A stretch of 64,000 nucleotides of DNA. It comes from a candidate division FCPU426 bacterium (lineage in GTDB: Bacteria; Oederibacteriota; Muellerivitia; Muellerivitales; Muellerivitaceae). Position numbers and translations under genes: made by a program. The notes under the pieces were generated by a model. It made no database searches. It was given only the letters and a program-made list of their open reading frames with translations, and was not told the origin of the DNA. Positions 45,432-55,324 of the stretch are shown one piece after another. The stretch covers positions 1 through 64,000 of the forward strand of contig CAVYSE010000005.1 in the NCBI GenBank assembly GCA_963771075.1, read 5' to 3'. Position 1 is the stretch's first letter, and each line of letters starts with the position of its first letter.

Positions 45432-46280
45432 GTGCCGATGGTGGAAATTAAGATAACCGAAATGGGGATCGGGGAGTTTAACCAGCTTTCCCGCCTGGTT
45501 TACGCCCAAAGCGGTATCCACCTGGAGGAACATAAGCTGGAATTGCTCCAGGCCCGCTTGCGCAAAAGGCTCAGGATCCTTTCCCTCGGCTCCTTCAAGG
45601 AATACTACCGGCATGTGGTCAGCGACGAGTCGGGGGAGGAACTGAGGCACATGTTGGACCATGTCAGTACCCATAAGACCGAATTCTTCCGGGAAAACAA
45701 GCATTTCATCCTCCTGTCCCAACGCCTTCTGCCGGAACTGGTGGCGGAGACGGCCCGTCGGATGGATAAAACCCTTCGGATCTGGTGCGCGGCCTGCTCC
45801 TCGGGGGAGGAGGCCTACAGCCTGGCCATGTGCGCCCTTGAATCTGCGGCGGGCGCGGGGGTGAAGGTGAAGATCCTGGCCACCGACCTATCCAACCGGG
45901 TCATCCAAAGTGGCCAGGAAGGTTTGTATGGGCTGGAGAAGGTCCAGCCTATCCCGCCGGCCCTGCTTCAGAAATATTTCATTTCCCGCAAAAGGGACGG
46001 GGAAAAGTTTTATGAGGTCGGGGAAGGCCTGCGCCAGGCGGTCCATTTCCGCCGCTTCAACCTGAACGGGGGGGACTTTTCTTTCCGGAATACCTTTGAC
46101 GTTATTTTTTGCCGCAACGTGATGATTTACTTCGACCGCGAAACCCAGGAGGACCTGGTGAAGCGGCTATCGGGGGCGCTCCGGAAAGAGGGTTACCTCT
46201 TCACGGGTCTTTCGGAGAGCCTGTTGGCCATCCGGCATAAGCTGATTTCGGTCGCCTCGTCGGTATACCGGAAACCCTAG
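45432..46280 (+). CDS. cheR: Chemotaxis methyltransferase
   Basis: 'T.FFRE', 'IWCAACSSGEEAYS', 'IFCRNVMIYFD'. Confidence 0.95.
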   Translation: MPMVEIKITEMGIGEFNQLSRLVYAQSGIHLEEHKLELLQARLRKRLRILSLGSFKEYYRHVVSDESGEELRHMLDHVSTHKTEFFRENKHFILLSQRLLPELVAETARRMDKTLRIWCAACSSGEEAYSLAMCALESAAGAGVKVKILATDLSNRVIQSGQEGLYGLEKVQPIPPALLQKYFISRKRDGEKFYEVGEGLRQAVHFRRFNLNGGDFSFRNTFDVIFCRNVMIYFDRETQEDLVKRLSGALRKEGYLFTGLSESLLAIRHKLISVASSVYRKP

Positions 46281-46352
46281 CAGGCTGCGGTTGGAAAATT
46301 CGATGAATACAAGGCTCGCCGGTGATAAAACGCCCCGGGGGAGGAAAAGAAC

Positions 46353-46856
46353 TTGAACGCGGGAAAAACGGATAAAAAAAACATCGTGATAGGGGTGGGG
46401 GACTATTACGTCAGCTCGGACCCGTCCGATTTGCTCGTGACCTATGCCCTGGGTTCCTGCGTGGGAGTGACGGCCTATGACGCCAGGGCGCGCGTGGGGG
46501 GCATCCTGCATTTCAAGCTTCCCCACTCGCAGATCAATCCGGGAATGGCCTCGACCCATCCCGCCATGTTCGGGGACACGGGCCTGGAGGCCTTCCTGAT
46601 GGGGATGTTCCAGGCGGGGGCCACGAAGCCGAATTTGGACATCAAACTGGCGGGCGGCGCCAAGGGACTGGCCAGCGCCGGGGATTTTTTCAATATCGGG
46701 GAACGTAATCTTTTGATCGCCCAGCGCGTGTTTTGGATGAACGGCTTGATCGTTTCGCGCAAGGACACGGGCGGCAACGATTACCGGACGGTCAAGCTGG
46801 AAATGGCGACAGGCCGGGTCACGATCAAGGACCCTCACAACACTTACGAACTTTAA
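46353..46856 (+). CDS. cheD: Chemoreceptor glutamine deamidase
   Basis: 'LGSCVGV', 'GILHFKLP', 'KLAGGA', 'IGERN', 'DTGG'. Confidence 0.93.
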   Translation: MNAGKTDKKNIVIGVGDYYVSSDPSDLLVTYALGSCVGVTAYDARARVGGILHFKLPHSQINPGMASTHPAMFGDTGLEAFLMGMFQAGATKPNLDIKLAGGAKGLASAGDFFNIGERNLLIAQRVFWMNGLIVSRKDTGGNDYRTVKLEMATGRVTIKDPHNTYEL

Positions 46857-46873
46857 TTCAAGAGGAGGATGAC

Positions 46874-47269
46874 ATGGCGTTCAATTTTTTAGTGGTGGAT
46901 GACTCGGCCACCAGCCGGGGAATCATCAAGAAAACCCTGAAACTGACCCGGCTTCCCTTGGGGGATATTTGGGAAGCGGCCAACGGCCGCGAGGGGTTGG
47001 TGCAAATGCGCGCCAATTGGGTGGACCTGGTCCTGGCGGACTTGAACATGCCCGACATGACAGGGCAGGAAATGATCGCCGAGATGCAGAAGGACCCCCT
47101 CCTGGCCAAGCTTCAGGTGGTGGTGGTGAGTTCGGAGGGGAGCCAGTCGGTCCTGGAAGCCCTCTATCAACAGGGGGTACGCCAAGTGGTGCGGAAACCC
47201 TTTGAGGCCAGCCTGCTGAGGGACGTGATCGAAAAGGCGCTCGGGATACAGGCCGAAGCGAATGGATAA
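46874..47269 (+). CDS. cheY: CheY-like single-domain response regulator
   Basis: RBS GAGGAGG; 'LVVDDS', 'ADLNMPDMTG', 'KPF'. Confidence 0.85.
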   Translation: MAFNFLVVDDSATSRGIIKKTLKLTRLPLGDIWEAANGREGLVQMRANWVDLVLADLNMPDMTGQEMIAEMQKDPLLAKLQVVVVSSEGSQSVLEALYQQGVRQVVRKPFEASLLRDVIEKALGIQAEANG

Positions 47270-48341
47270 GAAGCGGGTGGAAAGCGGAGATATGGAAAAG
47301 GTCAAGGTGCTCATCGTGGACGACTCGACTCTGGTTCGTAAGGCCTTGACGGGCGTTTTCGAGGCGGAGGGTTTGCGGGTGGTGGGGGAGGCCTCGGACC
47401 CTTTTGAGGCCAGGGACCAGATCATCAGGCACCGTCCCGACATCCTGACCCTGGACCTGGAAATGCCCCGGATGGACGGCCTGACCTTCCTGGAGCGGCT
47501 CATGACCCACCAACCCATGCCGGTCGTGGTTTTTTCCAGCTTCACGGAGAAAAACAGCGCTTTGGCCCTGAAGGCCCTGGACCTGGGCGCCGTGGAGGTG
47601 CTGGAAAAACCCATGAAGGTGAATTTTGCCCCAGCCATGGTCAACTTGGTGAGGGTTTTAAAGGAAAGCGCCCATGCCAAACCCCGGCGGAGGGTTACCC
47701 CGGTGGCGCCGGAGGCGGTAAAAAAGATACCCGGGAATCCCAGCCGTTTAGTCACCGCGATTGGCGCTTCCACGGGCGGGACGGACGCGATTTCCACGAT
47801 CTTGCGGGGGCTGCCCGCCCAACATCCCGGACTGGTGATCGTGCAGCATATGCCCCCCTTCTTCACGCGGACCTTCGCCGAGCGGTTGGACCGGGAAAGC
47901 GCGATGCGGGTGAGGGAGGCGGTGGAAGGGGACGTCATCCGGGACGGACTGGCGCTGGTCGCGCCCGGGGGAAAGCATCTGTTGGTGGAAGGGTTACCCG
48001 GCCGGTTCCAAGTGTCCTGTCCTGATGGCCCGCCGGTGAACCATTGCCGGCCGAGCGTGGATGTGTTGTTTCAATCCGTGGCACGCGCAGCCGGGCGCCG
48101 CGCGGTGGGGGTGATCCTGACCGGTATGGGACAGGATGGGGCGAACGGGCTTATGGCGATGAAAAACAAGGGAGCCGTCACGCTCTCCCAGGACGAGGCC
48201 TCTTGCGTGGTGTTTGGAATGCCCAAAGAGGCGGTAGCCCGTGGGGCCGTGGACGAGGTGGTGTCGTTGAGGGATTTGGCCAATATCCTTAAATCGAAAG
48301 CCGAGGGTATTTTGGCGTACAGGGAAGGGAGCGAGTCATGA
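47262..48341 (+). CDS. cheB: Chemotaxis methylesterase
   Basis: REC domain; 'GASTGG', 'QHMP', 'RPSVD', 'LTGMG.DG'. Confidence 0.95.
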   Translation: MDKKRVESGDMEKVKVLIVDDSTLVRKALTGVFEAEGLRVVGEASDPFEARDQIIRHRPDILTLDLEMPRMDGLTFLERLMTHQPMPVVVFSSFTEKNSALALKALDLGAVEVLEKPMKVNFAPAMVNLVRVLKESAHAKPRRRVTPVAPEAVKKIPGNPSRLVTAIGASTGGTDAISTILRGLPAQHPGLVIVQHMPPFFTRTFAERLDRESAMRVREAVEGDVIRDGLALVAPGGKHLLVEGLPGRFQVSCPDGPPVNHCRPSVDVLFQSVARAAGRRAVGVILTGMGQDGANGLMAMKNKGAVTLSQDEASCVVFGMPKEAVARGAVDEVVSLRDLANILKSKAEGILAYREGSES

Positions 48342-49135
48342 CAAAAAACCAGAAAAAAACCATTCTGTTGGCGGACGCGAACGCCACGGCGCGCAAGCTT
48401 CTGGCAGTCCGGATCCAATACATGGAATACGCGACCGTCGAGGCGGGCGATGTGAAAGAGATGGACCAATTGATCTCCGACCAGGCCTTTGACCTGGCGA
48501 TCGTCGACTCAAAACTGGCCGGGCCGGAGGGCGACGCGATCCTTCAAAAGCTCCAATTCAAAAAAACCCCTGTTTTCTTGGTCACGGACCGGTTTCCCCA
48601 GGGAGGGGACGTGGAGGGACAGTTTCCCGTGAAGGCGGTGTTCCACCGCAGTCAGCGGACGGAAATGCTTGCCAAGGTGGAGGCGCATTTCAACGGGCTG
48701 GAAGAACAAAAGCCATCGCCCAAGCCAAAAGATATGCAGATCTTGCTGATCGAGGATTCTCCCACGATCCGGGGTTATCTCAAGCGCATTCTCGTGAAGC
48801 ACTTTCCGGGTTCGACGGTCCGCGAAGCGGAAGATGGAAGGCAGGCCATGACGGAAATGTCCAGCAAAAGGGTGGATATTATCGTCACGGATCTGCAGAT
48901 GCCGGGCATGGACGGCCAGACCTTCCTCAAGATCCTGCACCGGAATCCCATTTTGAAGAATAAGCCGGTGCTGGTCTTATCCGGGTCCTTCACCCCGCAG
49001 CTGCGGGAGGAACTGAAAGCCTATCCCACGGTCAAAACACTGGCCAAGCCATCTTCCGAGGAGGAGATCGCCTCCACCCTCAAGGATTTGATCGCCTTGA
49101 CGGATAACATGCCCCGCCTAGTCGCAGGGGAATAA
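48338..49135 (+). CDS. Tandem receiver-domain protein (first REC atypical)
   Basis: 'ILLADAN..AIVDSKL' then 'ILLIEDS..IVTDLQMPGMDG..KP'. Confidence 0.85.
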   Translation: MTKNQKKTILLADANATARKLLAVRIQYMEYATVEAGDVKEMDQLISDQAFDLAIVDSKLAGPEGDAILQKLQFKKTPVFLVTDRFPQGGDVEGQFPVKAVFHRSQRTEMLAKVEAHFNGLEEQKPSPKPKDMQILLIEDSPTIRGYLKRILVKHFPGSTVREAEDGRQAMTEMSSKRVDIIVTDLQMPGMDGQTFLKILHRNPILKNKPVLVLSGSFTPQLREELKAYPTVKTLAKPSSEEEIASTLKDLIALTDNMPRLVAGE

Positions 49136-49139
49136 AACC

Positions 49140-49490
49140 ATGGCACGAAACATGGACCCAATGAAGGCTTTTTACCTGGACCTGGAACAGGACCTGCATC
49201 TTCTCATTCTGCACTATTCCATGTGCGAGGGGGCTACCGACCCGGAAGTGACCGACTGGGCCCGATTTTTCGTCCGGTGGGCCGAGAAGGCGACCAAGCA
49301 CAGCGGACCCTGGAGCTGGAAATTACTGGAATCGGCGCAGAATATCGTGAAGGAGTTGGAAAAATCAAAAGACGGACGGAAGGGATATGATTCACTGGGT
49401 CAGGCGATGGCGCAGGCCTCCAACAAGTTGAACGCGGAGATCAAAACCTTCTTGTTGAAGGGAAATTCCCTCCTGGACATGATGAAATAG
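49140..49490 (+). CDS. Hypothetical helical protein, distant homologue of the CheA N-terminal extension
   Basis: 'QNIVKELE..LGQAMAQASNKLNAEI' vs CheA 'QMIVKGLE..LSQAMTEASQNLEMEI'; two conserved Trp. Confidence 0.75.
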   Translation: MARNMDPMKAFYLDLEQDLHLLILHYSMCEGATDPEVTDWARFFVRWAEKATKHSGPWSWKLLESAQNIVKELEKSKDGRKGYDSLGQAMAQASNKLNAEIKTFLLKGNSLLDMMK

Positions 49491-49495
49491 CCGGA

Positions 49496-49882
49496 TCAGG
49501 TTAAGTGGAAGAGCTTTTTTGCCTTGGGCACCGTCTCGCACATCAGACAGGGACCGCGGGAACATTGGGGACTGCGACCGCTCTCCAATAATTGAATCCG
49601 ATGATCCCATTGGTTGATCCGGTAAACATGGGGGCCACAGCTGATCAGCAGGTCTTCCGGGACGGCGAATTTGAGGAAATATTCGCTTTTGGAGAAGAGG
49701 TAGACGTTCCGGAAGGTCTGGGCCAGGTTCACCACGTTGCATTGGGTGGGGTCGATATCGATGAAATAGAAACTGCGCCCAAAGGGTTTGTCAGTGGGCA
49801 TCCAATAGGCAGGGGGGATTGGGTTCTTGCCCTTGGAAATGGTCTCGAAAACTCCTGCGGTGGCGTATTGAAACAAGTACAT
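49496..49882 (-). CDS. Hypothetical protein, possible HYD1-type ADP-ribosyltransferase fold
   Basis: RBS AAGGAG; 'LFQYAT', 'FGRSFYFIDIDP', 'EYFLKFAV', 'PHVYRI'. Confidence 0.45.
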   Translation of the reverse strand: MYLFQYATAGVFETISKGKNPIPPAYWMPTDKPFGRSFYFIDIDPTQCNVVNLAQTFRNVYLFSKSEYFLKFAVPEDLLISCGPHVYRINQWDHRIQLLESGRSPQCSRGPCLMCETVPKAKKLFHLT

Positions 49883-50117
49883 GGGAGACTCCTTCTGCTC
49901 CCCCGCAATTAAAATAACTTCAACCCGAAATTTGATTTATGATTTGCGTCAAGGCTTCATTTCGACAAAACAACCGTTCCGATTCAACCGTGGAGCCGTG
50001 AGGGGCCCTAATGGAACCATGATTCTCAAATGAGTGATTTCTTTATAAGCTTTATGGAAAGTCGGCATAGGAATCCCGTGTTTTTCGGTTATTTTTGGCT
50101 ATTAACTTGAGATTGCC

Positions 50118-50191
50118 TTGCCGACATTCAACAAATAAATAATGAGGTTGGTATAGTCCCGTTTTCTTTTGCCCTTTGGACCAAAGGGGAC
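50118..50191 (+). repeat. Two-hairpin element, copy G
   Basis: TTGCCGAC..GTTGGTAT-AGTCCCGTTT..CCAAAGGGGAC, between GAGATTGCC and AATGAC. Confidence 0.7.
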
Positions 50192-50481
50192 AATGACAAC
50201 CCTAAGGTACACTACCGCTTCTTTTGATGGGTCTTTGGTTTAAAAGGCTTGGGTTGAATTTCCGTTCATTTTCTGGTTTCTTTACTGAAAAAAGGTTCTC
50301 TTCTACCTGACTCCTGTAAAATATCGACTACTTTAGCTAACCCAAAGGTGGCTGGGTTTCCGGTTTCAGCCCGGGAAGTAGAGATAAACCTTTCGGCTTT
50401 TAAAGAAAATCGTTGGTTTTCTTCGCGTCTTCGCGGTGAAAAATCCTGATTTTATTCAAATTCTTCGTTCGGAACGGTGAC

Positions 50482-52354
50482 GTGCCTCGTCGAAAACCTC
50501 CCCATCCTAAATATGGCGCCTCGCCCGAGAAGAAGATCAGCGTTCTTCATTCCATCGTGACCATCGCCTTCGCGGCTATCTTTTGCAAGCTGTTTTACCT
50601 TCAGATCCTTAACTATCCGACTTATCGATCCCTATCGGACTCCAACAGCCTCCGGTTGATCTCCGAAAAGGCGCCCCGGGGCATCATCACCGACCGAAAC
50701 GGCGAGATCCTCGCCACCAACATTCCCACCTACTCCCTCTTCTTGGTGCCCGCGGACATCAAAAGTTATGAAAATACCCTTGTCCTCTTGAGCCAGATCC
50801 TGGGAGAGCCCCTCCAGGACTTGGAAATCCTCATCCAAAGCCGCCGTCGAACCCGTAGGTTCGAGCCGATTCGCCTGGAGTCCCACCTGGACGATTCCCT
50901 GATCGCCAAGATCTCGGAGAACCTGGTGCGCCTCCCAGGGATATATATCCAAATGGAGCCTGAAAGGTATTACCCCCATGGCAACCTGGCTTCCCACCTT
51001 TTAGGCTATATCGGCGAGATCAGCGAGGGCGACCTGGCCCGAATGCGGGAGTCGGGATACCAGGTGGGGGATTGGGTGGGTAAAAAGGGGGTTGAAAGAA
51101 CCTACGACAAGATTCTGCGGGGCCAAAACGGCGGGGTGGAAGTGGAGGTGGATGCCTCGGGCATCCAACGGCGCACCCTGGACTACCTCAAACCCATCCA
51201 GGGCCAGACGCTCATGCTGACCATCGACTGGAAGATCCAGAAGCTGGCCGAGGATTTAATGGGGGACCAGGTCGGTTCGATCATCGTGAACAACCCCAAA
51301 ACGGGCGATATCCTGGCCATGGTGAGCAAACCCAATTTCGATCCAAACGACTTTGTCAGCGGCATTTCCTTCAAGGATTGGAACCACCTCTTGCAGGACA
51401 AGAACCGCCCCCTGGAAAACCGCGCCATCCAGGGCCAGTACCCGCCGGGTTCCATATTCAAGCTCATTACCGCTTTGGCGGCCCTGGAGGACGGCGTCGC
51501 CGACTTCGACAAGGTGTTCCTTTGCCGGGGGATCTTCTGGTACAAGACCTGGCCTTACCGCTGTTGGCGCACCTCGGGCCACGGCTGGATGAACCTGAAA
51601 AACGCCATTATCGAATCCTGCGATATTTTCTTTTATCAGCTTGGGTTATTGGTCAAGGTCGATAAGATTTACAAGGTGGCCCGGTCCCTTGGGCTTGGAA
51701 ACAAGACGGGCATCGATCTGGACTCGGAGGTACAGGGCCTGGTGCCCAACCCCCGGTGGAAGGAAAGCACCCAGCACATGCCCTGGTTCCCGGGGAATAC
51801 CATCCAGATGAGCATCGGCCAGGGATACCTGCTCACCACCCCCCTCCAGATGCTGGACGTGACTTCCGGCCTGGCTATGAACGGAAAAATCTATCAGCCC
51901 CACCTGATTTTCCGGGTGGTGGACCTGAAGACAGGACGGTCGATCTATGAAAAGCAGCCCGAAGTATTGCAGGAAGCGGATCTGAACCCCAAATTCCTGG
52001 ATTTCATCAAGGCCACCATGCAGGAGGTGGTGAGTTCGGACCGGGGAACGGGCAAGAAGGCCCGGTTGAAAGGGAGTCAACGTGGCGGGGAAGACGGGAA
52101 CCTCGGAAAACCCCCATGGGGACAATCACGCTTGGTTTACCTCCTACGCGCCGGCGGAAGACCCGCAGGTGGCGGACATCGTGCTGGTGGAGAACGGCGG
52201 GGAAGGCGGCGTGGTGGCGGCCCCCATCGCGAAACGCCTGATGGAGCAGGCCCTCGGGATGGAGGTGACGCCCTGGGAAAATCCTGTCGCTACCCCGGGT
52301 GTCTCCTCGGGTCCCCAGCCCGCCCCGACGGTGGTCATGGGGGTAGCGCCATGA
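50482..52354 (+). CDS. mrdA: Penicillin-binding protein 2 (one +1 frameshift near 52070)
   Basis: 'APRGIITDRNG', SxxK 'PGSIFK', 'SCD'; 'AGKTGT' lies in the shifted frame (52082..52354). Confidence 0.93.
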
Positions 52355-53457
52355 AGAGTTATCTAAGGTCCATGGATTGGGTCTTGATCGGAATGGTTTT
52401 AGCGCTATCGATCATTGGTTCGGTCGTGGTTTATTCCGCCACGATCCACAACCCGGATATTTCCAACCTTTGGAGGAAGCAGATCTTCTGGTTCAGCATC
52501 TCCCTCGCGGTAATGTGGCTATTCTCCCGTATTGATTACCGTTTTTGGATGGAGGCCTCCTACATTTTTTACACTATTTCCGTTATCTCCCTGATCGTGG
52601 TGCTTTTTATCGGGGACGAGACCAACGGCGCCAAACGATGGATCAGGCTGGGCTTTTTTTCCTATCAGCCTTCCGAATTGGCAAAATTATCCATCATCCT
52701 GGTATTGGCCCGTTATATCGGAAGCCGCACGATCGAGATGTTCTACCTGAGGCGCTTTTTCCTTCTCCTCGCCATCCTGGGATTTCCCCTTTTGTTGATC
52801 TTGAAACAACCCGATTTGGGTTCCGCCCTTCTCCTGGTGCCGGCCTCGTTGGTGATGATGTATGTGGGCGGGGTGCAGGGGCGACGATTGATGTGGATGT
52901 TCATCTTGGGGGCCGCTTCCTGCCCGCTCATCTGGCATTTCTTGAAGGATTACCAAAAGGAAAGGTTGGAGGTTTTCATCAGCCCCTCGGATGACCCGCT
53001 CGGCGCGGGGTACAACATCATCCAGTCGGTCATCGCCATTGGTTCGGGGGGGGTGGCGGGGAAGGGGTTTTTGCAGGGCAGCCAGACCCAGCTTTCTTTC
53101 ATTCCCGAGCACCATACGGATTTCATCTTCTCGGTGGTGGGCGAGGAATGGGGATTCGTGGGCTGCCTGGTGGTGCTGGCTATTTACTATTTCATGATCC
53201 AAAAGGCCGTTGAAATCGCCCGCAAGGCCCGTGACCGGGAAGGTTCCCTGTTGGCCCTGGGAATCGCCACCATGTTCGCGGTGCAGGTCATCGTGAATGT
53301 GGGCATGACCCTGGGTCTCCTGCCGGTGGCGGGTTTGACCCTGCCCTTCGTAAGCTATGGAGGGTCTTCATTGGTCTTTAGCTACGCGGCCATCGGGGTG
53401 GTGCTGAATATCTCTTATGCCAACCGCCGGCCGGTTTTGATTGGCCGAAACGCATAA
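52351..53457 (+). CDS. rodA: Rod shape-determining SEDS protein
   Basis: 'GAKRWI', 'QPSELAK', 'QPDLGSA', 'PEHHTDFIFS', 'LPFVSYGGSS'. Confidence 0.95.
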   Translation: MKSYLRSMDWVLIGMVLALSIIGSVVVYSATIHNPDISNLWRKQIFWFSISLAVMWLFSRIDYRFWMEASYIFYTISVISLIVVLFIGDETNGAKRWIRLGFFSYQPSELAKLSIILVLARYIGSRTIEMFYLRRFFLLLAILGFPLLLILKQPDLGSALLLVPASLVMMYVGGVQGRRLMWMFILGAASCPLIWHFLKDYQKERLEVFISPSDDPLGAGYNIIQSVIAIGSGGVAGKGFLQGSQTQLSFIPEHHTDFIFSVVGEEWGFVGCLVVLAIYYFMIQKAVEIARKARDREGSLLALGIATMFAVQVIVNVGMTLGLLPVAGLTLPFVSYGGSSLVFSYAAIGVVLNISYANRRPVLIGRNA

Positions 53458-53471
53458 AACCAAAAGGCGAT

Positions 53472-53611
53472 TTTCACCGCCAAGACACCAAATCACCAAG
53501 AATGGCGAAAATGTTTTTCCGGAAAGTAGAAAAAATCTTAACTCGAATGAATTTTAGACTTAAGCTTTAACCGCATTTTACTTTTGGTTTTCTTAGTGTC
53601 TTGGTGGTAAA
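53472..53611. repeat. Inverted pair of short-period repeats with no gene between
   Basis: TTTCACCGCCAAGACACCAAATCACCAAGAA ... TTCTTAGTGTCTTGGTGGTAAA. Confidence 0.7.
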
Positions 53612-53670
53612 TCATTGGTTTGACCGTAAGCTGTTTGGGTTTGTTATACTTCCCGTCGAACGGAGCAGAA

Positions 53671-54129
53671 ATGGCTGAAACCTATACCCAACTCACCCCT
53701 AAAAAAGGCTGGTTGATCTTTGCCGCTTGTTGGGTAGTTAGTTTTTTCCTTATTTATGGTCTTCGCCAAGCCCTTATCCCTAAGGAAGAGCTGGATTGTT
53801 ACGCCCGGGTCCCGGTTTTCCAGAAGGCGGTGGATGCCTGGAACAAGGCCAATCCGGGCCAATCCGTTACCGAGTTGATCGACGAGAACGCGTTGGTGAA
53901 GGCGGGCTATTTGCCAGCGGGGGACCTGAACTACGATCATGACCGCCATTTCTACTTCGTTGGGCAGACCGCCCATGGGCCCAGGGTGAAGTGCAATAAG
54001 GATGAGGATAACCCGATGATCTTGAAATTAACGGGGGATACCCTCATCGCGGTTCTATTGTTCCTGGTCTATTGCTCAAATAAGAAATATGCGCTGTTTT
54101 CAGACGAGTTGGAATCAGAAAAGCAATAA
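53671..54129 (+). CDS. Two-TM hypothetical protein
   Basis: RBS GGAG; TM-loop-TM with two loop Cys; followed by a terminator-like hairpin (54136-54164). Confidence 0.6.
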   Translation: MAETYTQLTPKKGWLIFAACWVVSFFLIYGLRQALIPKEELDCYARVPVFQKAVDAWNKANPGQSVTELIDENALVKAGYLPAGDLNYDHDRHFYFVGQTAHGPRVKCNKDEDNPMILKLTGDTLIAVLLFLVYCSNKKYALFSDELESEKQ

Positions 54130-54331
54130 GCGATGAACCCACTATTTTTTGATTGTGGGTTTTTATCATGCTTTGTCCGGCTTGTGGTGTGAAGGAATTA
54201 ATTAGAAACAGTACAACTGATTGTCTGAAATGTCATTTGTTGTTAGATGAGTTTATGTACCCATTAATAGAACTGCATCGATATCACTGAGTCGAGTCGT
54301 TTAAGACACTTAATTAAAGAAAGGCAACAAA

Positions 54332-55252
54332 ATGTCCGAAGTTCTCATTGTCGGTTCGGTGGCTTATGACGGTTTGACGACCCCCTACGGCTCAACCCCC
54401 AGGACCCTGGGCGGATCCTGCACCTATTCAAGCCTGGCGTCTTCCTTATATACAAAGACCCATATCGTGGGGGTGGTGGGGCAGGACTTCCGGACGGAAG
54501 ACATCCAGTTGTTGAAGTCCAAAAAGATCGGGATCGAGGGCCTTGAAAGGGCCAAGGGAAAGACCTTCTTCTGGAAAGGGCACTATAAGAAGGAAGACAT
54601 GAACGTGGCGATCACGGAAAAGACCGAATTGAACGTTTTCGCGCAGTTCAACCCTAAGATTCCCGCCCAGGACCGGAAGATCCCCTTCCTTTTCCTGGCC
54701 AATATCCATCCGGCCCTGCAAATGAACGTCTTGAAACAGGTCCAAAAGCCCAAGTTCGCCTTGCTCGACACCATGAACCTGTGGATCAACATCGCCAAGA
54801 AGGACCTGCTGAAGGTCATGAAGAAGGTGGACCTGATGGTCCTGAATGACCAGGAAGTGCGCATGTTGACGGGGGTTTTGAACCTGAAGGAGGCCGCCAA
54901 GGCCGTGTTGAGGCTCGGGCCCAAGCGGGTCATCGTGAAGAAGGGCGAGCATGGGGCCATGTTGATCGGCCCGGAGGGGCTCTTCCTGACGCCCGCCATG
55001 CCCCTGGACAAGGTGGTGGACCCGACGGGAGCCGGCGACACCTTCGCCGGGGGTTTCATCGGTTACCTGGCCAAACGGGGAACCGTGAACCTGGAAAGCC
55101 TCAAGCAAGCCATCGTGGCGGGAACCTTGACCGCTTCCTTCACGGTGCAGGCCCTGGGAGTGAAGGGTGTGGCGGGTTTGACCTTGGGTAAGGTGCGCCA
55201 AAGGGCCAAAGAATTTTATCGATTTGCCAGTCTTCCTCTCATAAAATTGTGA
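54332..55252 (+). CDS. PfkB/ribokinase-family kinase
   Basis: 'VGSVAYD', 'LGGS', 'KKGEHG', 'DPTGAGDTFAGG'. Confidence 0.92.
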   Translation: MSEVLIVGSVAYDGLTTPYGSTPRTLGGSCTYSSLASSLYTKTHIVGVVGQDFRTEDIQLLKSKKIGIEGLERAKGKTFFWKGHYKKEDMNVAITEKTELNVFAQFNPKIPAQDRKIPFLFLANIHPALQMNVLKQVQKPKFALLDTMNLWINIAKKDLLKVMKKVDLMVLNDQEVRMLTGVLNLKEAAKAVLRLGPKRVIVKKGEHGAMLIGPEGLFLTPAMPLDKVVDPTGAGDTFAGGFIGYLAKRGTVNLESLKQAIVAGTLTASFTVQALGVKGVAGLTLGKVRQRAKEFYRFASLPLIKL

Positions 55253-55324
55253 CCCAACCACGCAAATTCAAAGCCTAAGCGCGTAAGGCAAACCCTTCGC
55301 GCTTAAGTTTTATAGGGACCCCCC

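Noticed and set aside
50482..53457. 991-aa PBP2-RodA fusion ORF
   Set aside because: The PBP2 KTG motif is in another frame and the linker is non-homologous. One extra base near 52070 explains it, and rodA has its own ATG overlapping the true mrdA stop.
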